IMG/VR virus record: IMGVR_UViG_3300005512_000290
Location: 1-26,122 of that record
Reading direction: 5' to 3' (one strand)
Length of the DNA stretch: 26,122 nucleotides
Source: a virus
Taxonomy: Duplodnaviria > Caudoviricetes
Below the pieces are notes generated by a model. The model was not told the DNA's origin, searched no databases, and saw only the letters and a list, made by a program, of their open reading frames with translations. Positions 15,828-24,780 of the stretch are shown here, piece after piece (position 1 is the first letter of the stretch; each line of letters begins with the position of its first letter). The translations under genes were made by a program, and so were the position numbers.

Positions 15828-16163
15828 TCACCCCCTGATTTCATCCACCCGTCGGGCGGCGGCCTTCCTCACCGCCCGGCGCTGGTCCGCACAGAGCGCC
15901 GGGAGGGCGTCGTCAAACTCGCCCGAGGCAATCCCCGCAACCAGGGTCCGCCAATGCAGGTCAGCGCCCACAGGGGCCGCGGGGAGCGCCTTAGCGGGCG
16001 TCTCCATGCGGTCCCAATAGGCACCGAACGTGGAACACAGGTAGTCGGCAGTCTCGGACGGGACTTCGACCACCTCGCCGTGCCGCACCAATGCAGACAC
16101 ACCCGGGCGGCTACCGTGGTAACCGCCGGGCATGTCGCACCGGAGCCGCACAGGCTTACTCAC
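15828..16163 (-). CDS. Hypothetical head-region protein
   Basis: GTGA coupling; GEVVEVP..TADYL motif often seen in genes after the capsid gene. Confidence 0.6.
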   Translation of the reverse strand: MSKPVRLRCDMPGGYHGSRPGVSALVRHGEVVEVPSETADYLCSTFGAYWDRMETPAKALPAAPVGADLHWRTLVAGIASGEFDDALPALCADQRRAVRKAAARRVDEIRG

Positions 16164-16552
16164 GCCTCGCGCTCAATCGCGAAGATCAGCCGAACCGACC
16201 CGAGGACGGCAACACCAGTCCCGGCCTTGGTGACGATCGCCTCGATGCTCTCACCCTCAGACACCTCCAGCGAGACGCCGGAAGCGGTGAGAGCCAGCGT
16301 CTCAAGGGCGAGCGCGGCGATGTCGCCAGTATCACCCGTGGTCGTCTGCTCGCTACACACCTCAGTACCACCCAGCTCGACAGAAATGTCGGCATAGTTG
16401 ATATCGTGGGCGGTGACCGCAGAGCCGCACGAGTAGGCGGCGCCCTCAAGGCGACCCTTGGCCGCAAAGGGCCAATGCGAAACGTAAAGATCGGCGCTGC
16501 CGGCGGTGGCCTGCATCAGCGGCATCACAATGACGTGCTTCTCGGGAACCAT
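16160..16552 (-). CDS. Putative capsid decoration/cement protein
   Basis: Beta-rich 130 aa immediately after the major capsid gene; GGAG SD. Confidence 0.55.
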   Translation of the reverse strand: MVPEKHVIVMPLMQATAGSADLYVSHWPFAAKGRLEGAAYSCGSAVTAHDINYADISVELGGTEVCSEQTTTGDTGDIAALALETLALTASGVSLEVSEGESIEAIVTKAGTGVAVLGSVRLIFAIEREA

Positions 16553-16572
16553 GTAGGATCTCCAGTGGCTTA

Positions 16573-16599
16573 GGTTGGCGGCCGATTAGACCGCCAACC
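16573..16599 (-). terminator. Stem-loop after the major capsid gene (attenuator or mRNA stabiliser)
   Basis: GGTTGGCGG-tctaatcgg-CCGCCAACC, perfect 9-bp stem; no U-tract. Confidence 0.55.
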
Positions 16600-16606
16600 C
16601 TTGCGA

Positions 16607-18178
16607 TCAGATGTTGTAGCCGACGACGACGTTAGCGACGGTGGCGGCATCGGCGCTGTGCAGCGCGAGACGCTGGGTAGCGACGAGGTTAGCCACGCCC
16701 GAAGTGATGTCAGTGTCCAGCTCGACCCGCGCGTTCTGCCGGTTGTACCAAGCGTAACGGTTGCGGAGGAAGCCGACGACGACACCCTTGGTCGTGGTCG
16801 CACCGTCGTAGATGCCGGAAGCGTTGAACTCGCTCGGGAGCATCGGCGTGGTAGCAATGGACCAGGGACCGAGGCGGGCGGGGAAGGCACCGAGAACCGA
16901 AGCGTTCGCACCGTACTTGTCGGCCGTGGCGACCTGCTCAAGCCCGAGAACCTTACCCAGGTACACGTCATAACCGACGGCCAGCACAAGGTCCGAGCCG
17001 AGGGCACCGAGGCCCTTGGGGCCGGCAAGCTTCTGCGCGAGCGCGAGAAGGTTGGCGTAGGTGAACGTGCTCATATCGAGCTTGGCGGTGGCGCCGATGT
17101 CCTCAGCGCGGGCGCGGAGCCCAAGCCAAGCGCGGCGAATGTCGGAGGACCCACCGAACGCGGCGCCGGCATCCCACAGGCTGTCGACGTTCCATGCACC
17201 GATCCCGGTGTCCATGTGCGTCCCGGCCGTGTCGCCGTGGAAGAGGGCTTCCTCGCGCCCGAGCATGTGCCCGCGGACGATGATCTCCCGCATCTCAGCG
17301 ACGCTATCCACGATCGAATCATCGATCGCGTCCCGGTCCATGACGATCCGGACCGCGAAGCCCTTAGCGTCGATGTTGTTCTCGCCGCTGGCGGGCGTCG
17401 AGCTGGTGAACTTAGACGGGTCCTCGACCGTGGCCGAACCGTACAGGTACGGACGGGGGTTGGTCGAAAGGAAAGGCTTCTTGAGGTTCTTTCCGCTCAT
17501 CGGACGCGAGGCAATCAGGTCGCCCACGAGGCCGAAGTCGGAGAGGGCAAGCGCCTTATCCAGCTCGGGGAGGGTGATGTCGGGGATGAACTCGCCACCG
17601 GAGCCGGACGAATCGGTGAAGATTCGCGCAACCTGCTCAGAGGCGCCCGAGAGCTGACCGGGGCCGATGCTCAGGTGATGCCCGAGAGCGGCGAGCGCCT
17701 TGGGGGCGTACTTGCGGAGGGTCGCGGCGGAACCAAGCGGCTCATGCGGACGGCGACAAGCGGCGGCGGCGATGACCGCGCCCTCGTAAATGTCCTTGGC
17801 CTTCTGGTGCCAATCGCTGTAGGTCTTCTGGGTCGTCAGCAGACCGTCAACGCGGCCAACGTCCTGACCAGCAAACTTAGCATTTCCGCCGAACAGACGC
17901 ACGGTCGGCCCGTCGCCCTCGCGGTTGACGAACTGCCGAAGCTCGCCCTCAGGACCGTCGCGCCGGGCGCTGGCGTTGGCGACCGTGGCCTGCGCCTTCA
18001 GCTCGGCAAGGGCGCGATCCATCGCGGTAAGGTCGGCACCGGCCTTCTCGGCCATGCTCTGCACCTCGGACAGCGTGCGCTTGCCCTCGCTAACGTCCGC
18101 GTGGAGGTCCTTGAAACGATCAGAGATCGCGGCGCGCGCGCCGTCCTGATCAAGCCCATCAAACATATCACCGGCCAT
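16607..18178 (-). CDS. Major capsid protein, HK97 fold with N-terminal scaffold (delta) region
   Basis: N-terminal coiled coil; TDSSGSGGEFIP motif at the start of the mature fold; EEALFHGD, WLGL; GGAGG SD; follows the protease. Confidence 0.9.
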   Translation of the reverse strand: MAGDMFDGLDQDGARAAISDRFKDLHADVSEGKRTLSEVQSMAEKAGADLTAMDRALAELKAQATVANASARRDGPEGELRQFVNREGDGPTVRLFGGNAKFAGQDVGRVDGLLTTQKTYSDWHQKAKDIYEGAVIAAAACRRPHEPLGSAATLRKYAPKALAALGHHLSIGPGQLSGASEQVARIFTDSSGSGGEFIPDITLPELDKALALSDFGLVGDLIASRPMSGKNLKKPFLSTNPRPYLYGSATVEDPSKFTSSTPASGENNIDAKGFAVRIVMDRDAIDDSIVDSVAEMREIIVRGHMLGREEALFHGDTAGTHMDTGIGAWNVDSLWDAGAAFGGSSDIRRAWLGLRARAEDIGATAKLDMSTFTYANLLALAQKLAGPKGLGALGSDLVLAVGYDVYLGKVLGLEQVATADKYGANASVLGAFPARLGPWSIATTPMLPSEFNASGIYDGATTTKGVVVGFLRNRYAWYNRQNARVELDTDITSGVANLVATQRLALHSADAATVANVVVGYNI

Positions 18179-18199
18179 GGTAGGGCCTCCAGTTGTGGT

Positions 18200-18236
18200 G
18201 GTAACAGACGTTACCGCGCGTTGTGTTGGGTGTCAA
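18200..18236 (-). promoter_or_regulatory. Sigma70-type capsid promoter with a palindrome over the -10
   Basis: TTGACA (18236-18231)-N17-TAACGT (18213-18208); GGTAAC-gtct-GTTACC inverted repeat at 18200-18215; T-rich tract upstream. Confidence 0.78.
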
Positions 18237-18255
18237 TACCAACGGAAGAAAAAAC

Positions 18256-19116
18256 CTAAAACAACCAATCCAGGGACGGCTTGGTATCAGTCGAGACGGC
18301 GAGCCAATCCAGCACGCCAGGGATCGCGGTCTTGTCGGTCTGCTCGGGCGCGGCCTTGTCCTCAACCACCCCGAGCGACACCGCCCCAGCGTTCATGGGG
18401 ACGGTACAGGGCGAACACTCAAGCAGGACGTTATCGCCAAACCAAGCGCCCCGGGCACCATAGCGCGGATCGTCCTCGTCAAACGACGCGCGCATAAGGA
18501 CCTGACCGGGCAGGAATCCAACCGAACAGGTGCGGATAGCGCCGCGAGCCAGCAGCTCAGCGACCGCGACCGACCGGGGATAGGCGGCCACCGGGATCGG
18601 CTCAAGGTCGCCCACAAGCGCGCCGTTCACCACGCCCACGTTGTGCCACATTCCGACCGGGAGATCCTGACTCCGGTGGCTCCATGGCGCGACGGGGTTG
18701 TTTCGGAACTGCTCAAGCCGCCACGACTGATCCACGATGTCGCGCGCCCGGTCGCTCTCATCGGTGGACATAACGAAGCGGTAGCGGGTTGCCTTGGGTG
18801 TCTCCGCGTGCTCGTCTTCCTCGTCATCCATCCCATCCATGCGCACCACGACCGGCCCACTCAGGCCCAGGTCAAGCCCATACGAAAAGGTCCCGAGCGA
18901 CTGGCGAGTGACCGCGGCGAGGGCGGCGATCTCGTCAATGTCGGCCGCGGCGATCGTGCGCTCATGCGAGACGATCGCGGCGATGTCTCGCGCGGAGTTG
19001 CCCACCGCCAGCGCCAGAGCGTCAAGCGCGCGGGCCTGGGTCGAGCCGTGGCGCTCCGCATCAATCAGCAGAGCGGCGATCGCGGTCGCGGGGGATCGGG
19101 TAATGCGGGTTAGCAT
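18256..19116 (-). CDS. HK97-type prohead protease with N-terminal HTH-like extension
   Basis: FVMSTDESDR..DIV, NPVAPWSH (His), CSVGF (Ser), LLECSPCTVPMN (Glu); GAGG SD before ATG 19116. Confidence 0.88.
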   Translation of the reverse strand: MLTRITRSPATAIAALLIDAERHGSTQARALDALALAVGNSARDIAAIVSHERTIAAADIDEIAALAAVTRQSLGTFSYGLDLGLSGPVVVRMDGMDDEEDEHAETPKATRYRFVMSTDESDRARDIVDQSWRLEQFRNNPVAPWSHRSQDLPVGMWHNVGVVNGALVGDLEPIPVAAYPRSVAVAELLARGAIRTCSVGFLPGQVLMRASFDEDDPRYGARGAWFGDNVLLECSPCTVPMNAGAVSLGVVEDKAAPEQTDKTAIPGVLDWLAVSTDTKPSLDWLF

Positions 19117-19125
19117 TGGTCGGCC

Positions 19126-20406
19126 TCAGTCGATGACGGGAATGGTAGTGCAGCGGCAGTTGACGGACTCGGACGCGCTTTGAAACTCGCCCGGCCCCGT
19201 GCCCTTCTCGCCGCTTGGGAGGGTGAACGACTCGCCCACGTTGACCTCCTGCCCGTCGAGCGCGGTGTGCGAGTCGCGCACCGAAGCGTCACGGGCAGAC
19301 AACCAACCAACCTTGAACCGAACGCCCATGTTTGCGGCGTCGTCGTAGGCGAGCCGGGATCCCTTCGTGGCAAACTTGGTCGCCTCGGTGCGGGCAATCC
19401 TCAGCGCGCGGACGGGCGAATAGGCAACGTCCCGCATTAGACGGGCTTGGATTTGGTTGACCGAGTCGCCATTGAGCAGCCCGCCCCGGACAACCTCGGC
19501 GGTGCGCAGCTTGGTGAATGCGTCCACGCGCTGCACCATTTCGGCAAGCGCGGCGTCGGACGGGTCAAGTACGGGATTCCACGTCAGCCCATCCAGCCCC
19601 GCGCGCACCGATTCAGCCCAACCCATGCGGATAATGGACCGCACGCGCTGCACCCCGATGTAGCCGGCGGCCAAATCCTGCTCACCCGCGATGTCGAGGA
19701 TCACGGCCATGTCAGAATCAGAGATCACCCGCCGCACGCCGGGCATTGACGCCGACTTGGGTAGGGTGTCCGCAATCCGATCGGCGGTGCGTTTCGCGCG
19801 GGCACGAAGGTAGCCCGTCCAGCGCTGGCGTAGCGCGTTCTCGGCCGGTCCATGGGCGCGGCGCACATAGTCCAGCCACATGCGCCCACGGGCCGCACTA
19901 TCCGGCATCTTGGAGAGGCTGGACTGTACGGGCGCGCGCGCCAACCAGTCGAGGGCGCACCGCTCGACCACGGCCAGCTCGGTAACGTCCTTGGCTTCCT
20001 CGTCGGCGCGGTCCATTTGGCGGCGGATCCGGTTGGCCCACGCCCGCCCGGGGTTGCCTCCCCACAGTAGCCACGCGACCCAACCCGCGGACGGGTCACT
20101 ATTGTCCGCCCAACCCGGCGCCTCAGAATCGACCGCGTGGCGCGCGAAATACGAAACCATCCGGCGGATCGTCTCGGGGCTGACTCGCTTGCGGTTGCTC
20201 AGGTCGCGAGCGCGCGCAACCCCGACGGCCGTACCACCGCGGCCATGCTCGGCACGGAGGCGCAGGCCACGGGCCGCGGCGGACGCCACCGCGGCGGGCG
20301 GCTTGAAGTCGATCCCGTCGTACTTTGCCGGCGCCCTATCGACCCGCTCAGGGCCGCTCAGGGCGTCGGCGCCAGACTGGACCAATACCAGCGCGGGACG
20401 GCTCAC
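19126..20406 (-). CDS. MuF / SPP1 gp7-like head morphogenesis protein with an extra N-terminal domain
   Basis: RALRIARTE, WLSARDASVRDSH..LDGQ and VNCRCT are MuF motifs; GTGA coupling to the portal. Confidence 0.88.
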   Translation of the reverse strand: MSRPALVLVQSGADALSGPERVDRAPAKYDGIDFKPPAAVASAAARGLRLRAEHGRGGTAVGVARARDLSNRKRVSPETIRRMVSYFARHAVDSEAPGWADNSDPSAGWVAWLLWGGNPGRAWANRIRRQMDRADEEAKDVTELAVVERCALDWLARAPVQSSLSKMPDSAARGRMWLDYVRRAHGPAENALRQRWTGYLRARAKRTADRIADTLPKSASMPGVRRVISDSDMAVILDIAGEQDLAAGYIGVQRVRSIIRMGWAESVRAGLDGLTWNPVLDPSDAALAEMVQRVDAFTKLRTAEVVRGGLLNGDSVNQIQARLMRDVAYSPVRALRIARTEATKFATKGSRLAYDDAANMGVRFKVGWLSARDASVRDSHTALDGQEVNVGESFTLPSGEKGTGPGEFQSASESVNCRCTTIPVID

Positions 20407-22010
20407 GCGGCGTCCTGCGCGGCCAGGACCGCGGCCACCGCGAGCGATGCGGCGTCGAGCGATGCGCGGGCGTCTGCGATGTCCTCGGGCGTGCTGTCGT
20501 CGTCGCTCAGGATCTCCAGAGCCGCCGCGATCTCGTCGCGCGCTTCGGTGAGCGCCTTGGTGTCAGTGCTCGCGGGGGCGATTGGGGCGCTGCCCACAAT
20601 GTTGGACGCGGCTGCCGGATCCATATTGAAGAACTCGACAAGCATAGCGATCGCGCTATCCCGCGAGAGCTGACCAGCATTGAAGGATCCCACGATCGCC
20701 TGTGCGGACGTGACCTGCGCCCCATTCAGCGCAACGTCCGCAGCCTTTCCGCCGACCCCAAGCCCGGCGGGGCCAGAGTCGGGCAGCGGCCACAGCCCAT
20801 CCGGCTGATCGGTGAAGCCCTCGTATCGGGCGGCCACCATGGGATCCGCGCCCATCTGCGCCCACTGGACAACCCGGGCCAGCGACGCGCCCTGTGCATC
20901 CTGCAACGCGGGCACTTGCGAGAAGTCGTGACGCACCCGGACGCCCTCATACCCGGCCATGCGCGCGATCTCGGTGAACCCGTCGTCAAGCAGCGCCGCC
21001 CGAGCCTGGAGCCGCGTCCAGTAGGTGACCTGCTCCATTTGGGCGGTCGCGTAGTTGGCCGCGTCGGGGATGCCCGCGATCGTCGGCGGCACACCGAACC
21101 GGCTTAGCACGGTCTGCCGCGTCCACATACGGGTATCCGCGCCCTGCATGTCACGCGGCGTCCAACCCAGGATCTCCAGCTCGCCCGCACCGTCAAGAAC
21201 CGCGACGCCCCCGTGGTTGTCCTGTAGCGCCCGCTCCAGCGCGGCCTTGATCGCGCGCACAATCGGAGCGCCCCAACGCTGATCGCCCTTGGGGTGGTAG
21301 ATTGCGTCCGGTCGGCCCTTCTGCGCGGCCTTCTTGGTCAGGTTGGCGACGGCGAGATCGGCGTCAAGGTCGGCCGCCAACGCTTGCACCGGGCTGGTCC
21401 CCATCAGCAAGCGGGGATCGTCGGCCCAACTAAGGGACCGGATCACAACCAGATCCTCGGCCTTGTATTGCGCGCCGCTGCCGTGTCCGTCGTCGTAGCG
21501 CCAACCCATCAAGCCGTGCGGCCCGGGGATGGCTGTCACCCGGGCAGGGTGCAACCGCTGGAGCGCCACCACGCCGACGCCGCGCGAGGACTTGAGAGGG
21601 AGGATCGGAGCGTTGCCGGCCAGCACAAGGTCAGCCGCGTTCTGCATCCGAAACAGTCGCCCGCTTGTGTGGCTATTCGGGCGCGCGAACAGGTCGAGAA
21701 CCGGATGCTTATCGACCTGCTTAGGTCCGTCCTTTCCGTCCACCTCGACCACAAGTGGCAGGGACGCGATATCCTCAGCGATGCGCTCAACGCAGACCTG
21801 GACCCACGGGTTAATCCCGTATGCGTACCACGCCTTGCGAAGCGAGTATCCCCCATCCGTCGCGCCGCCCGACGCAAAGTCAGCGCCCGGTGTGTAGGTG
21901 TCTTCGGTCGGCTCGACCGGGTTGGATAGACGAAGCGCCCGCACCACAGCGAACGTGGCGCGGGAGATCCACCCCGGGCGGGGCGCAATGGCGGTGGGGG
22001 CGTCGGACAA
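20403..22010 (-). CDS. Portal protein (HK97 family)
   Basis: NPWVQVCVERIAEDIASLPL, HPVLDLFARPN, LAGNA, GTSPV, FGVPPTIAG, NYATA. Start probably TTG 22010 (GAGGTG SD), because the tracked ATG 22037 lies inside the promoter spacer. Confidence 0.92.
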   Translation of the reverse strand: MSDAPTAIAPRPGWISRATFAVVRALRLSNPVEPTEDTYTPGADFASGGATDGGYSLRKAWYAYGINPWVQVCVERIAEDIASLPLVVEVDGKDGPKQVDKHPVLDLFARPNSHTSGRLFRMQNAADLVLAGNAPILPLKSSRGVGVVALQRLHPARVTAIPGPHGLMGWRYDDGHGSGAQYKAEDLVVIRSLSWADDPRLLMGTSPVQALAADLDADLAVANLTKKAAQKGRPDAIYHPKGDQRWGAPIVRAIKAALERALQDNHGGVAVLDGAGELEILGWTPRDMQGADTRMWTRQTVLSRFGVPPTIAGIPDAANYATAQMEQVTYWTRLQARAALLDDGFTEIARMAGYEGVRVRHDFSQVPALQDAQGASLARVVQWAQMGADPMVAARYEGFTDQPDGLWPLPDSGPAGLGVGGKAADVALNGAQVTSAQAIVGSFNAGQLSRDSAIAMLVEFFNMDPAAASNIVGSAPIAPASTDTKALTEARDEIAAALEILSDDDSTPEDIADARASLDAASLAVAAVLAAQDAA

Positions 22011-22027
22011 GGGCACACCTCGGCGGG

Positions 22028-22056
22028 AGCGTACCATGATAGGTTGGACGGTGCAA
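22028..22056 (-). promoter_or_regulatory. Sigma70-type promoter for the portal gene
   Basis: TTGCAC-N17-TACGCT with extended TG; AGGTTG-N7-CAACCT inverted repeat overlapping the -35. Confidence 0.6.
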
Positions 22057-22058
22057 CC

Positions 22059-23798
22059 TTATTCGTCCCTACTCTGTTGCGTCCAACCGTCGCGGAGCAA
22101 ACCGAACGCCATATAGCGCAGGGCGTCCCAAGCGTGATCGTCGCCCCTGACCTCGGTTTCACCCTTGCGCTTCTCGTCCCACGTTAGATTTTCAATCTCG
22201 CGGATTAGGTTGGGGCAGTTGTCGTGGATGATCAGGTGGGGCCGCCCCTCAATGTCCGGCACGATCAGATCCGAGAGCGCATCAAACGACGCCCGACGGT
22301 CCTTCCTCGCCGTGGCCGTTACGATCCCGTAGTTGTACGCCAGTGTGCCGCGGCTGTCTTTGCCCTCTGGGTCCGCCCATCTTGTGTGCTGCTCGGGCTC
22401 AGACCGCCCCGTCCCCGCGCAATGCTCGCACCCCGTCTCATGGGTCGCGGTCAGGGCGCTCCAACGTTGCCACTCGTCGGAACCAAACTCCACCGGCTGA
22501 CATTCCTCGCAACCCTCCGCGGCCCAAATGGCGCGGGCGTGGTCGCGGATCAGCATGTCCGCCCCGTAGTGCTCGCGGTAGATATGGACCACATAGTCCC
22601 GGGTGTCCAGCGCGCCCCACAGATGCGCGAACGGGGCCCGCGTACCGAAGTCGATCGACCCAAACCGCGGCCAACTCTCGGGGATCTCAAACGACGGCAC
22701 GACGTGCAGCGCCCGATCAAACTCAGGATGAACCGCCCCCTCCAACGCTTGAATCGTGCCCTTCTGCCGGGCGAGTCTGATCCGCTCCCCATACCGGGCG
22801 AGGCGCTTGATCACCGAGTGGCGCGGAACGTGCGGGTTGTCGAGCGCGTCAAGGTGGACCGCGCAAACGTCCTCCCTTGGGTTGCGCATGTGGGACTCAA
22901 GTAGCGGCGTCCAACCCCGGAGCGGCGTCATACTTAGCAGCATCCAACCGTCCCGGTCGGTCAAGCGCGCGTCCAGCTCTTCGATAATCCCGTTCACGTC
23001 GTTGCCGTCCGGTTCCTCGTCCAACCAGTTAAGCCGAGACGCGGCGCCCTGCATTGCGCGCCGGCCTTGGTCCACCGACTTGCACACGATCGCGGCCTCG
23101 CCGTGGACCGCATCGGCCTGACCGTTGCCGCTCCAGTTGCGATAGACGGTATCGTGCGGCATGTAGCGGGACAGCTTGGGGCGGACGTATTGCTTGCTAT
23201 CGTTGCTGGTCAAGGCGACCGCATAGATCAGCCCGCCGCCCATCGGTAGCTTGCGCGTCGGCACGCGGTCAAGGTCGATCCCGTTCTCGTTTGCCCAGGA
23301 GATTACGTCCGGGTGATCCCGCCCGAGGCTGACAGCCGCGGCAACCTGTGATACGCCCTCGGATTTGCCTGTCCGGTTACCGCCCAGCACGAAGCAACGA
23401 TCGGAGCTGGAGTAAAGCACCGTCTGGATCGCGAGGCGCTGGCTTGTGCGGTTCTCGACCTTGCTGCATTCGGGGCAGCGGTGCGCCATACCCTCGCCGG
23501 TCGGTTCCATTTCCGGCCCGGCCCACTGATTGATCGTCGCGGACCACTCGCCACAATCAATGCAGCGCGGCGCCCACAGCCGGGCGTAGGCCAGCGGGTG
23601 CTTCCTTTTCTGCTCGCGGAGATCCGCGGCCCAGCCCGTCGCCCACTGGAGCCACGCCACGACCTCGGGCCGCTCTGCGCTGCTCGGTTCCGCGATGATC
23701 CGGTCGAGCATTCGCGTTACCGCAAGCTCCATGGCCGCAACGGTAGAACAGGCCGCGACTTGTGCCGCGGCCTGTTCGAATGATTCGGATCCAGTCAT
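22059..23798 (-). CDS. terL: Terminase large subunit
   Basis: Walker A GGNRTGKS, Walker B NWLDEE, coupling motif SMTP, nuclease SIDFG and DDHAWDALRY; directly upstream of the portal. Confidence 0.95.
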   Translation of the reverse strand: MTGSESFEQAAAQVAACSTVAAMELAVTRMLDRIIAEPSSAERPEVVAWLQWATGWAADLREQKRKHPLAYARLWAPRCIDCGEWSATINQWAGPEMEPTGEGMAHRCPECSKVENRTSQRLAIQTVLYSSSDRCFVLGGNRTGKSEGVSQVAAAVSLGRDHPDVISWANENGIDLDRVPTRKLPMGGGLIYAVALTSNDSKQYVRPKLSRYMPHDTVYRNWSGNGQADAVHGEAAIVCKSVDQGRRAMQGAASRLNWLDEEPDGNDVNGIIEELDARLTDRDGWMLLSMTPLRGWTPLLESHMRNPREDVCAVHLDALDNPHVPRHSVIKRLARYGERIRLARQKGTIQALEGAVHPEFDRALHVVPSFEIPESWPRFGSIDFGTRAPFAHLWGALDTRDYVVHIYREHYGADMLIRDHARAIWAAEGCEECQPVEFGSDEWQRWSALTATHETGCEHCAGTGRSEPEQHTRWADPEGKDSRGTLAYNYGIVTATARKDRRASFDALSDLIVPDIEGRPHLIIHDNCPNLIREIENLTWDEKRKGETEVRGDDHAWDALRYMAFGLLRDGWTQQSRDE

Positions 23799-23804
23799 GG
23801 ATCG

Positions 23805-23833
23805 ATGGTATCGCTATGGGACGAGACGGTCAA
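23805..23833 (-). promoter_or_regulatory. Sigma70-type promoter giving a probably leaderless terL mRNA
   Basis: TTGACC (23833-23828)-N17-TACCAT (23810-23805)-CGATCC-ATG; no SD. Confidence 0.7.
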
Positions 23834-24705
23834 GGCTCCCGGATTTTGTCGGCCGCCTCCATGGCCTCCAGGGCGGTCGGGCAGCCGCTATACACCCGGA
23901 TCCCGTCAAGGTAGACGCTCGCAGTGTGCCACCCATCGCCCAGCCGGTCATAACGCACGGTCCAGCCCCGCCCGTGTCGATCCCGCGCCCTCCACCCGGA
24001 GACATGCTCCATCCGGGTCCACCCATCCAGCGCCGCGCCCTCATCCCCGCGCTCGACGGCGAGGATGCGGGCGAGGCGGGCGCGCTCGGTCGCCAGTCGC
24101 TCGGCTTCCTGCGTGCTCGCGTTTTCGTCGGCCGCGCACCGCTCGACATCGGCGCGCATCTCGTCAAACAGACGCACCAGCCCATCCTCCATGGCGGTGG
24201 CGCTTGGGGCGCAACCGTCCTGGTCGCCATCGATCCGCTGCCAGAGCCGGCGCAGTAGGTCATGCTCCGCCCTGTCCCGCTCGGCCCGCGCCTCGTCGCG
24301 CTCCCGCTCCGCCCGGTCGGCTCGCCCCCTCTGCATCGTCGCCGCATTGCGCGCTGCGAGGTACTCGGCAACGCCGACGCCCTCGAGCCGCTCGTGCAGC
24401 GCGATGACGGTGCGGGCGAGGTTGGGGGCGTGGGCGATTAGCGCAGCATCCTCATCCCATCTGGACGTGTCGGTCCCGACCATACACGGGGTCTGCGCGA
24501 GCGTTGGAGCGATAATCTCGCCCATCCGATCGAGCGTGAGCCCAACCTGTCGGTCGTGGTGTGTACCCCGGTTCACTGTGCCGACGTACACGGCGTTCAT
24601 GAAACTGTCGTCGTCGGTGTGGACCACAAACCACGGCCCCGGCGTCGCCCCCTCCAGCAGCGCCCGCGCCGCCGCCGCGCTAACCAAGTCGGTTCCATCA
24701 GCCAT
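23830..24705 (-). CDS. Ead/Ea22-like phage accessory protein with coiled coil
   Basis: ATPGPW...DAALIAHAP signature; AERERDEARAERD heptads; GAGGTG SD. Confidence 0.7.
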   Translation of the reverse strand: MADGTDLVSAAAARALLEGATPGPWFVVHTDDDSFMNAVYVGTVNRGTHHDRQVGLTLDRMGEIIAPTLAQTPCMVGTDTSRWDEDAALIAHAPNLARTVIALHERLEGVGVAEYLAARNAATMQRGRADRAERERDEARAERDRAEHDLLRRLWQRIDGDQDGCAPSATAMEDGLVRLFDEMRADVERCAADENASTQEAERLATERARLARILAVERGDEGAALDGWTRMEHVSGWRARDRHGRGWTVRYDRLGDGWHTASVYLDGIRVYSGCPTALEAMEAADKIREP

Positions 24706-24780
24706 AGTCTCACCTCACTAAGTGTTGTTGGGCTCTCTCGCCCCCGGTGTCAGTAGGCTAACGAGGGCGATCGTGGGGCG

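Noticed and set aside
22011-22037. Portal start at ATG 22037
   Set aside because: No SD and it lies inside a promoter-like spacer; TTG 22010 has a GAGGTG SD.
22059-23798. Intein or intron in terL
   Set aside because: Insertions are short, with no C/S...HN splice motifs or homing endonuclease, and the frame is continuous.
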